DNA of 64,000 nucleotides, taken from Stegostoma tigrinum (taxonomy: Eukaryota). Both the position numbers and the translations under genes were made by a program. Of this stretch, positions 13,491-24,904 are shown one piece after another. Location: the NCBI RefSeq assembly GCF_030684315.1, contig NC_081360.1:23539033-23603032 (forward strand), read 5' to 3'. The notes under the pieces were generated by a model. That model made no database searches, was not told where the DNA came from, and saw nothing but the letters and a program-made list of their open reading frames with translations. Each line of letters opens with the position of its first letter. Within the stretch, counting starts at the first letter, position 1.

Positions 13491-14204
13491 TTCATCTTTA
13501 TTAAGAGATTCAATTGAGCCAAGCTGTCTATATCTAAAATAGGATTCTCTTTTATTCTTGACTAGAACCTCAATATCTTTATTTATCCATTGTTCCTTAA
13601 TCTTATCAGCCTTACCATTCACCCTAACACGAACAAAATGCCACTGAACTTTCATCATCCCACTCTTGAATGCTTCCTAATCGTCAGTCGTCTTTTTACC
13701 TGTGAACAGTCTACTCCATTCAACTTTTGAAAGTTCATGTCTCATACCATTTAAATTTGTCATACACCAATTAAAGCTTTAGCTTTTATGGAGCGAATAG
13801 AATTATGATCGCTGGACCCAAAGTGTTCCTTTACTGTTACTTCAGTCACCTGCCCTGTCTTATTGCCCAAAAGAAGGTCTAGTTTTGCTCCTTCCCGAGT
13901 ATAAGCATCCATATATTGATAAAAAAAATTGTTGAGCACATTTGACAAGTACTTCACCATCCAAACCTTTAACACTGTGGCAGTTACTGTCAATGTTTGG
14001 AAAATTAAAACCCCCCATTGTTACAACCTTATTCTGCTTACATATATCTGAGATCTCCCTACATGTTTGTTTCTCAATTTCTGTTACTATTGGGTGGCTA
14101 TAGTACAATCCCATCAAAGTGATCTTTTCTTTCTTATTCGTAATTTCTACCCATATATTTTCACTGGGCGTTTTTTTCAGAAATATCTTCCCCAGTTACA
14201 ATTA

Positions 14205-14450
14205 TAATGTCTGTGTGGAGTTTGTACATTCTCCCCGTGTCTACATGGGTTTCCTCCGGGGGCTCCGGTTTCCTCCCACAGTCCAAAAATGTGCAGGCTA
14301 GGTGGATTGGCCATGCTAAATTGCCCGTAGTGTTCAGGGGTGTGTGGGTTATAGGGGGATGGGTCTGGGTGGGATGCTTCAAGGGGCGGTGTGGACTTGT
14401 TGGGCCGAAGGGCCTGTTTCCACACTGTAGGGAATCTAATCTAATCTAAT
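14205..14450 (+). mobile_element. 5'-truncated HE1-like SINE with (AATCT)n tail, nested in the LINE
   Basis: Core sequence shared with the other copies; tail aatctaatctaatct. Confidence 0.8.
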
Positions 14451-16924
14451 AATGTATTCCTTAATCAAAAACACCACCACCCTTCATCCCCAACATCAGC
14501 CTTTCTTGCCTCCTTTTCTATTCTTCCTATAGCATGTGAAACCAGGAACATTGAGCTGCCAGTCTTGCCCATCTCTCAGCCACATTTTTGTAAAGATATG
14601 ATGTCCTAATCCCATGTTCTTAAGTATGCCTAGTTCATCAGACTTACTTGTAAGATTTCTTGCATTGAAATAAATTCAATATAGTTCTTCAGAGTTACTA
14701 CAGACTTTGACTTGCTTGTCTCTCTTTTCAAATTGACATACTCTGCTCACATTCAGAACCTTTACCATCAATCCTTCTGTCTACACTGCTGTTTATAATT
14801 CCTCCATTCACCTTCTCTATTACCTCAGAATAAAGACTCCCTTAATGAAATAAGCAAACCTCCCTGCTAAGATATTAGTCCCTTTCCAGTTTAGGTTAGA
14901 TCCATCCTTTTTGAACGGTCTTTTCTATCCCAAAAAACATTCCAATTGTCCAAAAATCTGAAACTTGAACAATGCACCAGCTTTTTAGTCATTGATTTAT
15001 CTCCTCTAACCTGTTGTTTCTTCTCTTGTTTGCATTTGACATTGGGTGTAAACCAGAAATTACTACTTTTAGGTCTTATTTTATTTGTCCGGAGTTAATC
15101 GACAGTGCAAGGGCATGCAGGGTTTATACTGTCGGGGTCAGGATGAGTGACAGAAATTAAGGAAGGATGTTGCTGGGAACGATGAAAGTGGTAGGGGATT
15201 TCCTTCATGGAAGATTGGCGCAAGGGCAGGGATAAAGTGAGTGTGATATATCATGAAAAGTGAAAAATGTCATTGACATTGTTCCAAATTTGCTGCGCAT
15301 ATCTCCAGATGGCTGAGGCTGAACTAATCCGGGTGGGAATCCCGGACCAGGCTGTTATATTCTGCTGTTGTGGCTTCCCCTGTTGGCCCTGGGGGTGCAG
15401 GATATCCTGCCTCTGCGCAACTCACCCAGCAGCTCCAATGCCAGCTCCCTGCCCACAAAGCATATCACCAATATTGTGTTCTCTGCTATGTCCAGGACTA
15501 ATGTCAGGAACTATGCAGGGCAGCTCTGGACTAACTGCCCAGGTATATAATACCCTTTTAAAGCTGACACCATCGCCAGATTTCTGGATATCCAAGCAGT
15601 GGCAAATTGTTCTGGTATGGCAAATGAAAGAATGGAGTTAGAATCAGACAAGAAGGGCACCAGAGGAGTGGGGCAGATAGTTATTGAAGCAAGTTTGTGA
15701 AGCTGTAGCAAGAAATCTGAGCTCACTGACCTGAACTGACAGTTAACCTAAGGAGTGTAAGATTCAGCTCTCAGAATCTGTTTTATCATCTCGTCTACTT
15801 AACTCCCATATTATACTTGTTACGTTGTTATCAATTTGTTACAATTGAGTTAGAAGAGTGAACTGGTTGCTTTCCTTGTCTCACTCTTCTCTTGGAGAAA
15901 ATAGAGTTTGAATTTAAGAAGGAAGAGGATATTGCCAATTATAATGTACATTATGCATATATATATATAGGACTGTATACAGCTCTACATCAGATCAAAA
16001 TTTATCCCGATTCCTTAAGTAATAAATACAGAGCTAATGTTTTGCAAGCAAAATTTGCTCTCACAACAAATGTAGATGTTAATGTCAAAAGGTTTAAACA
16101 ATGCAAAAATAGGCAGCTACACTCCTTGTAAAATAAAATACTCACACACATGAAACCAACAAATTTAGGGAAAAAGAAAACTAGAAACTCTGCAGAACAT
16201 TATTTTAAATGTACTTTGGCCAAGTACCAGCTACCTCAGTAATAGATAATTGTTCACATCGTCCTAATGTTATTTTGTGGCCAAATTCAACTCGTTCACC
16301 AACTACAGGAACTTGGGATTCCATCCTGGCCAGGGGCGGTAGATTCTGGATTTTCCTTTCAGAATTCTTGGATTGCTTTCGTAGGAATCCTCTACGCATG
16401 GTGATGAGGGTTTCGGTGAGTTTACAACTCACTAAATTTAGTAACTGGAATTACTAAGGGAAAAAAGACAGAGGGAAAAGGCTATTGCTTCAGAAAAAAC
16501 CCCCAACTTTTTGGCTGTGTGTGCTCACATCTAATGTTTTTTTCCTTCAAAAACTGAGTCATGTGACCTTTCAATGAAAATATTGTGGATTCAGCGACTC
16601 CAGTTGAGTAACATAGGAAACAAACATAGGAACATCGGAGTTAGGAGCAACAGTGGGCAATTCAGCCATTCAAGCCCACCCTGCCGTTTAACATGATCAC
16701 GCTGATCTCAACTCTACTTTTCTACAAGGTCTCCAATGCCCTTTATCCCATTTTTCATTAGAAGCTTACCCATTTCTTTCTTGAATCTGTTGATTGATTC
16801 TGCCTCCCACTCCTAATTCCTAAAATCTCCCAATCCTCAGATTTATTGAATATTAATAAAATACTTATTTTAAACTAATACTAACCTAGACTCTGATCAA
16901 TCTCTTTTCCCAGGTTTTATAGCC

Positions 16925-17265
16925 AATAGAATGGCCTAGTGGTATTATCACTGGAATATTAATCCAGAAACCCAGATAATGTTCTGGGGACCTGGGTTTG
17001 AATCCCACCACAGCAGATGGTGGAATTTGAATTAAATAAGTATCTGGAATTAAGAATCCAATGATGACCATGAATGGATTGTGGAAAATCCCTTCTGGCC
17101 TGTTAAGGAAGGAAGCTGCCATCCTTGCCTGGTCTGGCCTACATGTGATTCCAGGCCCACAGCATAGCGATTGACTTTAAACTGCCTTCTGGGCAATTAG
17201 TGATGGGCAGTGAATGCTGCCTGATCAGTGACACCCTCATTCTGTGAATGAATAAAGGAAAAAAA
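16925..17265 (+). mobile_element. second tRNA-derived SINE family (related copies at about 1-60, 46860-47170, 55420-55600, 62110-62390)
   Basis: A/B-box-like head (tggcctagtgg...gggtttgaatccc), shared body, A-rich tail. Confidence 0.65.
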
Positions 17266-17659
17266 CAGGAATGTATGTTCCCTTCGAATTGTTAACTATT
17301 TCATTAACTGTCTGCTACTGATTATTTATCTTCATTGAATTACTCTAATATTCTCAGCTATCTTAACCAACACGCCCTTCATAGGCATGAAATTGGCTCT
17401 ATTTTGGTTTAATTCTCTGATGAATTTATGTACTTTACTCACAAACTCTACAAGAAAAGCTATCTTGATCAAACTTCCCAAAGCATCCTTTACACTAGGA
17501 TTAGTAATTCATCCATCCCAGATCAAAAATCACTTCTTCCATGATTTGTTTAACAATCTATTATTTTTGGAAACCATTTTATGTGTATAATGTAAAAACA
17601 TCTGCAAATTATTTGTGACTATTTGATATGTCCAGTCGATATGAAGTTTAAGTTAAAGT

Positions 17660-17860
17660 CATGATAGTCCTTCGAAACCATAGGACTTGTCTATCATCAG
17701 GTGGTGGTTTAACCTGAGGATCACCAGGCCTCAGGCTAGGGGAGAGATTGAGAAGAAGAGTCCTTCATGGTAACATCAGCTATTATAGGAATTTAACCCA
17801 TGCTGTTAACATTCCTCTGCATCTCAAACCAGGGATCGAGCCAACTGAGCAAACCACATG
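17660..17860 (-). mobile_element. old SINE-like repeat (related copy at about 22240-22460, plus strand)
   Basis: tRNA-like 'gctcagttggc' head; dispersed similarity. Confidence 0.5.
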
Positions 17861-18737
17861 AAGATTAAAGACCTGCGCAACATTTTCATTGTCTTTGTTA
17901 CATTTTCCTCTGATTTTTGCAAGTATTATCCAACAGTGTAGCTGCTATTAGGGAGCCTATTATTCCTACTAGTGTTTTCTGCTGCTTGTTATTCCTAACT
18001 TTCACCCATACTGATGCTATCTCCTGATCCTTTGAGCCAAGAAATCGTTCCTCTCTCCAATCAATGTGTCAATTTTAATATCAGGGCTAATGTTCCTTTC
18101 TAAATTTGTTTATCAGTTTGAAATGTCATTTGCCCTGCAGTATTTAGTTCCCAGAATCTTTCACCATGTAATCTGTCTCCAAAATGGATATTATGTCAGT
18201 GGTGCTGCCTGCACCTACATCTAATGGAGTAACGCGCAGGGAATGTGGTAATTTTACAGCTACAGCTGCACTTTAAGTTTTTTTTGGTTTGACTGCAGAG
18301 TAGGCACCAGAGAAGATCAATTCCAGATTTGTTTAATGTGTTGTTCAATGGTTTATTCCCCAACATCACTCCAGTTAATCAACTAATAAGGCTCAATTAT
18401 CAAGTGCAAAGGTTTTAAGAGATTCCAAAAGGCAAGATCCAGTGATATTCACTGTTTGCATCTCCCCAAGGTCAAGACTCCGCACTCACAGATTTAAGAA
18501 GCAGCAAACCCCATGATTGAAAAGTCCACACAGTAAGAGAAACAGTCCCACCCGACCACCTTCAGTCATTCAGTTTTAGGTGTGAATCCCCAGCCCACCA
18601 GCAGCTTTCAGTTAACTGAGGAAACTGGTCATGGTATGTGATTAGCTAGTTTCAGTTCTGCAATTCTAAACTCCCATCCAGTCAGCGAAATGAGAAACAA
18701 TATTTGGAGCAACATCAGAAAATATTCTCTTTGCATT

Positions 18738-18743
18738 TTTATT
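18738..18743 (-). terminator. polyadenylation signal AATAAA, copy 2
   Basis: About 210 nt after the stop; copy 3 has ATTAAA at the homologous position. Confidence 0.65.
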
Positions 18744-18954
18744 GTGATCCACAGAATACAAAATAACAAAATACACCAATCGATACAACATTTACAAACT
18801 ATAGAATCTTCCAGTTACAGTAAAATGTACAATCAGGAACCCCAGGTCCCATCATCCTTATGTTTGAAAAAAAAGTACAATTGATTTGTCTTGTTTGATC
18901 AGAATAAGGCCTTGCGTTCACATCAAACTGGGTTTCCAGAATTTTTATTCCTGG

Positions 18955-18987
18955 TTAGTGACGGGATCTTGAATCATCATGGTATTC
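18955..18987 (-). CDS. copy 2 terminal coding exon EYHDDSRSRH*
   Basis: ttccag acceptor; TAA at 18957-18955; the 3'UTR is homologous to the copy 3 3'UTR. Confidence 0.78.
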   Translation of the reverse strand, partial: EYHDDSRSRH

Positions 18988-21900
18988 CTGGAATGAACAG
19001 CAGGAATACAAAAATTATTTTTGAATGGACTGAGTTCAGTCTGAGTTTGGTGTTTTATTGTTAATGTTGATCATAATTGAGAGACAGTTCTCTGGCACAA
19101 ATTCCCCAGCTTATACTTACATTTGAAGACATATCATGTGATGTTTCTGTTGATTTGCTTTTCACCTGCATTAAAATGTTCAGATTAATCAGTTTATCAT
19201 CAGGAATCAGTCAGACATTTTGTAGCTAATACTGAGTATATTAAATCATAAATGGGGAAATGTTAACTCTTGATATTTATGGCTCTCTGCGTAAAAGTAA
19301 ATAAATTTAAAAATACAGAACTGCCTCAGACACTATTGCCATGCAGCTGAACGCAGTCTTCATCGGTTTATTCAAGTTAATAATTATCTGACATAAACTT
19401 TCAAATTATACTCACATTGGGAGACTCCTCAACTGATGTTTCTGTTGATTCATTTTTCATCTGGAAAAGAAAGATTTATAACTTATAATTTAAAACTTTG
19501 CAGACAATCTTGATCACCTCAAAGTGCCTCATAGCTAAACCTTTAAATACAATCAGGTTATAAACAAAGAACTGATGAAACTTTAGATTCTGCATTGGGG
19601 TTCAACGGCTCACACTGAAATTTTCCATTTCAGATCCAAGATATTGAGCCGGATGAATCCCGTAGTGATGAGAAAGCTTGATCAATCAGTGTCAGGAGTT
19701 GACTGGTTAGCTTCTTGGTCATTTGCAAGGCTCAACAGTGAACCATCGCCTCTCCAGAAGCTGCTGCCAGTCAGAGACCATCAGTTTTTGCGTCTGAGAG
19801 GTTATCGGTGGGGGCCAAGTCCTTTAGGGGTCCACACAGGCGAGAAGGTAAAACTTTTTGCTTCAGTTCTCATGGGGTGGGGTTTGTAAGGAGCGGAATG
19901 TCAGGAGGAAATGCACGTAAGGGGCAGGGGTGTTTCAATGGTCACTACCCCTTGCACCATCCCCATCCTCCATCGCTGTTTTTAATTGTCCTCAGATTGT
20001 AACAAACGGATACCTCCCCAAACAGGCAGCGGGCCGCTCTGGTTTCCCACTGACAACTTTTCTCACCCACCAGGAAAGCAGCTGATTAGGACGATCATAT
20101 GTTGAGGCCTTTATTGATTGACCACTTCAAGGCCATATTTGCTGGCAAATTGGGAAGGAACTATGCATCCAGCACTAAATTACTGCGGCAGTGAGATGGG
20201 GGCAAGCAAGACTCCATAATGATTCACTCAATGATTTTCTCCAACCACCACATTCTTGCAGGGTTGATAATAGTTTGTCCTCACTGATGGAATGGAGAAA
20301 TATTCACTCCTATTCTCCTAATCTCAAAACAGCAGTGATAAATCCAGCTCTTGGGACGTGGGGCTGTATTGTTGATGGATAAATTACTGGAAGCCACATT
20401 GACCCTTCCACGTAAAGAAATGATGAGGAAATTGTAATCAATGATGCCCTCATGAAACCGTCAGATCGGCATATCGAGTTATTATAGTTCTTGTCAGTGG
20501 CATGTATTTTCCGTGAATCGAGAAAATTCTAAAATGTATGAAATAACTAACAGCTACTGGGCATCAATTCAACAAAATCCATAAACAACCCAACAGTAAC
20601 TAAACATCAGAATCTCCTCAGCCACAGCCTCTGTTTGGGCATTTATTTAATTAAATTATTTAGAGTCTATTGTGATAAACCCAGGTCTCAATGGGCTATA
20701 GGCATCAATATTGATCTGATGGTAGCTCAGTTTAGAGTTTGATACAGAATAATGCCAACAGTATGGAATCAATTCCTGCACCAGCTGAGGCAGTTCTTGT
20801 GACCACTCTGCTCAACTTGCCCCATGGTATTATCCGTAATTGCCTACCCTCAGTTAATGAGGATGCTCTATGAAGCGAAAGTGAGATAAGCACCTAGTGC
20901 AAAATACTTACATCCGGCAAGTCCTCAAGGGATGTTTCTGTTGACATGCTTTTCACCTGGAATAAAATATTTAATTCATATAATTAGCATTTTGCAAATA
21001 GTTTTGAATCATGGAATCATTTCCAAAGAAAAGCTTTAAATCACAGAAGATTATAGGTAAGGAGGTGACAATATTTTGAATTTCAGAGTCACAATTCTTT
21101 GACTCAAGTGTTGCTGTGGAAAAAACCGTTGCAGTAATAATCAATCCAGTTCTGGGACAATGGAGCTACAATGCTGATGGGTATAATAATGCAGACCATT
21201 CTCCATCAACTGGCATTTATTGTGTTGAATCTGCAGGTCCCTTCTAAATCAGACCAGTAGATAATGTATTTTATTGGTGAGAGGTAGTGTTGTCCTAGTG
21301 CCAATATATGTATCTGCCCAGTCATGTGGATGTTCAGCTGACATTAACCTCAGAGAAGAACAAATGCTCCCTCTGCATTTGACTTCCCCCTCCCCTACCC
21401 CAACATACCCTCTCCCCCAATATCTCAGATGAAAACAAATTAACATCTCATACTCCATTCCAACCTCGTTTCATTCTGGGTTTTATACATTTTTTTGATA
21501 ATTCTGCACAACAAGAAAATAATCTGACAAAGTTTTAAGTTTCTACTCACATTTGGTGATTCCTCAACTGACGTGGGTTTTGCTTCGGTTTTGACCTGTA
21601 TTGAAATATTAATATTGAAGTAATTAGCTCAGTAGAACAGTGAGACATGTGAATTTTCAAAATGATAGAAGCCTCATTGTCCTGATGTGTGTAATTGTGT
21701 GCTTACCTCAAGACTGTTTTCGTTCAACTCTGATGAGTCACTGTTGCTGTCAACTGTCTTCAATCCTCGACACTGTACATCAATGTCAACAATCTCATCA
21801 GCAAAATATGCAACATGGCTTTTGCACAAACCTTTCTCCTGTCAGAACAGAATTGATTAAAATTACAATCAGCACACTTTATAATGTAACTCAATACACA

Positions 21901-22862
21901 CATTGCTTTCTTCAATATAACGTGGAATAAATTGCTCATTCAGGGGTATACCTCTGTACCATGAGTATTTGAGTGTGACAGCACAATTCAGAACTTACTG
22001 CAGGCTTTTTGGCACGGAAGTGACAGCTAGGGTCATCGAATTCCAGTCCAGAATTCTTGGAGCAGATGGTTTCTTTCACGGAAAATGTTAAATCCACATT
22101 GTACGACAATTTCCCAGTGCGGTGAATCTAATGAGAAGAGAAACGTTTCATTAGTGTCTGACTGCAGCTGGAGTTCTTACTCTGGGTGGATTCACCCATC
22201 AGTGTGAGTAAAATAACGCGTTCTGTGGTGTAGATATTCAGTTGGCTGGACGGCTGCTTTGCAAGGGATGGGTGCAATTACTGTCCTGGCTGAGATCGCC
22301 ATGAATATAGCACCTCCTTGACATCGCCTTTCACCACAAGGCATGTTGACCTTCAGGTTAAGCAACAACCAGTCTCTTCAGTCTAAAGAGAGAGCATGAT
22401 GTGGTGGTGCCCTAGAGAGCAGCCCGATGTGCTCTGGAACTATGGTGACCTTACATTTACTTTCAATATGACATTCTTCTGCTTTGTAATAATCCGTGTT
22501 GCTCTGCACGCAGTAATATTCTTGCAGAGTTTAGAGAGTGAAACAGACTGACACACTTACATCCTTCACTCTTCTCCTGGTTATCCCGCACAGATTGCTG
22601 GTCTCAGTGATTCGGTTCAGTTTTAGAACAGACGCTCTCAGAGCATCCTTTGGGCTCGGTTTTCCTGCCAAAAGGAAAAGAAAACTGCACAAAACAGAAT
22701 TGTCTGGGGTTCTTTAGCGAGTTATTTTACACATTAGTGATATCTCAGTGAGTGAGCCTCATTGCCAATAACTCGTTGCTTGATGAGGTGCTGCTCTCTC
22801 TGGTACCTACCTGAGCAGTGGAGAATCTGCACTGCAGCAATGGTGAGGAGGAAGACCTTCAT
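18955..22862 (-). CDS. SPP2/Spp24-like paralog, copy 2 (complete, 9 coding exons, 209 aa). Exons 22811-22862, 22561-22664, 21999-22127, 21707-21838, 21551-21595, 20912-20956, 19416-19460, 19121-19165, 18955-18987
   Basis: 630-nt spliced ORF, all introns GT-AG: MKVFLLTIAAVQILHCS-GKPSPKDALRASVLKLNRITETSNLCGITRRRVKD-IHRTGKLSYNVDLTFSVKETICSKNSGLEFDDPSCHFRAKKPA-EKGLCKSHVAYFADEIVDIDVQCRGLKTVDSNSDSSELNENSLE-VKTEAKPTSVEESPN-VKSMSTETSLEDLPD-MKNESTETSVEESPN-VKSKSTETSHDMSSN-EYHDDSRSRH*. TATA box upstream and AATAAA downstream. Confidence 0.88.
19121..19165 (-). CDS. copy 2 micro-exon 8 VKSKSTETSHDMSSN
   Basis: 45 nt, phase 0-0, cag/gtaagt. Confidence 0.82.
19416..19460 (-). CDS. copy 2 micro-exon 7 MKNESTETSVEESPN
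   Basis: 45 nt, phase 0-0, cag/gtgagt. Confidence 0.82.
20912..20956 (-). CDS. copy 2 micro-exon 6 VKSMSTETSLEDLPD
   Basis: 45 nt, phase 0-0, cag/gtaagt. Confidence 0.82.
21551..21595 (-). CDS. copy 2 micro-exon 5 VKTEAKPTSVEESPN
   Basis: 45 nt, phase 0-0, cag/gtgagt. Confidence 0.82.
21707..21838 (-). CDS. copy 2 exon 4
   Basis: 132 nt, cag/gtaagc. Confidence 0.9.
21999..22127 (-). CDS. copy 2 exon 3
   Basis: 129 nt, tag/gtaagt. Confidence 0.9.
22561..22664 (-). CDS. copy 2 exon 2
   Basis: 104 nt, cag/gtaagt. Confidence 0.88.
22811..22862 (-). CDS. copy 2 exon 1 (signal peptide)
   Basis: ATG at 22862; donor GTAGGT. Confidence 0.88.
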
Positions 22863-22952
22863 TCTGCCTCTTCTGCGATCGGCTGGCTGCTTTCTCAGAG
22901 TAAAGGAGCTGCTTCTCTCTCTTGCTCTGCCCTTTCCTTGCTGAGTTCAGCC

Positions 22953-22999
22953 TTTATATCTCGTGCCTCAACCACATTCAAACATTGACTCATATTTAC
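22953..22999 (-). promoter_or_regulatory. copy 2 proximal promoter: TATAAA (22953-22958), AACCACA Runx/OSE2-type (22970-22976), TGACTCA (22986-22992), TATTTAC (22993-22999)
   Basis: Motifs read directly; conserved in the paralogs. Confidence 0.7.
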
Positions 23000-24904
23000 A
23001 CAGCTTTGGTCTTGGGCAGGGAAGGCTCTAGTGCCAAGTGGCTCTAATATAGGCAGAGCATCCGCCCAGTATCATCATTGTGTTTAGATTTGGTGAGATC
23101 AGGAATTATTCCTCTGAATGTAAAGTACTTAACTGACAGGGGACAGGATTGATCAGTTGTAAATTGCACAAACTGACGCTCAGATCCCGAGATAATTCAC
23201 CGAGATAAGCTTCCAACTACATATGTGGGATATTGTCATATAAATTATTTTGTGACGTGCCCTAACTTTACCTCACCTCTGCTCACCTACTGCTCAAACT
23301 GAAATTCATCCGTTTCTTTCCTCCAGAATTGACAGCTCCAGCCTAGAGACTTGGCTACATACCTGCTTTTTAATCTCAGTAAACTTGAGGCTACTCAGAT
23401 ATCCGCTGCAGTGTGCCTAAAGAGCACCAAATTCTATTCACCCCTTTGCTCACAAACCTACATTGTCTATCAGTTTCAAAAGTGGTTGGATTTTCAAATT
23501 TGGATCCTTGTTTGCAAAGTTTTCTATGGTCTTGCCATGCTTATCTCTATAATCTCCTCCAGCCCCATTATGGTGCAAGATGTCCCATTTTGGAATTAAG
23601 TGCTTATGGATGGAGCTGCTCAAGTAAGCTCTGGAATTCTCTCACCACATCTCTCTCTTTCTCTACAATATTTAATTGTTTGACCAAACTTTTGGTTATC
23701 TGACCTGATACTTCTTCTTGTGGCTCAGTATCAATTTAAGCCTGTTGTGAAGCACCTTGGCAATTTTATTAACTTAAAGGCAGTGTATATTTATAAAATG
23801 ATGAATTGTTCCATTGCAGTCCATTGTCTCTCCATGAATTGCACTGGAACGTCTGGGATTGGAGTTTAATATCAAGGCAATATATCACTCAGGAAGAATC
23901 TTTAGGTATTAGAGTTTCTCACAGGGTTCAGGCTGGACCTGAGATAAAACATGGATCTCACAGACCATGTTTAGGGCAGGAAATCAAATGGTTTGATGCA
24001 TTAAATCGGGTGTCATATCATTATCAGCATGCCCATCAACTGCCCACTCATTCTGTCCCAGTGAGGGTACGGTGAAGGCATCAGGTGGATGCCTACCTTT
24101 GTCACAATGCAGGACCTTAAGTCAGCAGATAACACTCGTTCATGGTCACATTCCACCATCAGCCAGATTTATTAGTTGCCAGCAGGGCACGTTGTTCAAT
24201 GTTCAACCTGGCAGGCTCATCACTGTGTACTGCTGGACAGTGGCACATTGGATGCCTGCTTTCTAGCGTCTGCTGCCAGTTGGAGGCCCTTATACCAACA
24301 GTTTTTCCTCCAAGCCACCACCGTTCCCTTCACACCCCCACTAATGCCCTCACCACCCTGCTGAGTGTTTCTTCAGATCCCTAAAGGCCGGAGTCAAATA
24401 TGGATTTGCTCCTCCTTGGCCCAGCTGCAGTACTAGCAGTAACCACTGCTCCCAGGTGTGCTATTGGTATGCAGAGCTGCTGGATTGACTGGCCAGAGAC
24501 TGTAGGCAATGCTGATGCTGAAGAATCTGAAATAACAAGGTGTAGAGCTGGATGAACACGGCAGGCCGGGCAGCATCAGAGGAGCAGGAAGGTTGATGTT
24601 TCAGGTCTGGACTCTTCTTCTCTGAACTGGCCAGCTTGGCTATGAGGTAGAACATTCTCCAGGAGAGGTAGAGAATCATGTCTCCTGATAACTAAAGGTC
24701 CATGAGCTGGAAAATTAGAACAGAGAGAATAAGCAAGGTAGAAGTAAGCCTACCTCTGACATTGACATTGGGTTGCGGGGAGATTGACTCAGCATGTGAT
24801 ATTCTGATAAAAAAACTGTAAAAGCCTCCAGCAACATTGAAGTAAACCAGTGTACTCCACCAAACAAATACAAGCTCTTTGCTCAAACAGAACCAACCTG
24901 GTTA

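Larger units (their letters stand above)
10950..14700 (-). mobile_element. long degenerate CR1-type LINE ORF2 (APE endonuclease plus RT), interrupted by a MITE and two SINEs
   Basis: ORF fragments YYSHP..GGFNFPNID, DLLLGN..SDHN, PDDWRVVN, DFSKAFNKV, GVPQ..FADETK, RPPLEYCV, all in LINE order. Confidence 0.9.

Noticed and set aside
13149-14449. Similar ORFs at 13.2, 14.2 and 53.1-53.6 kb (LDCGRKPE..EETHAD)
   Set aside because: These are chance translations of HE1 SINE copies, not a protein family.
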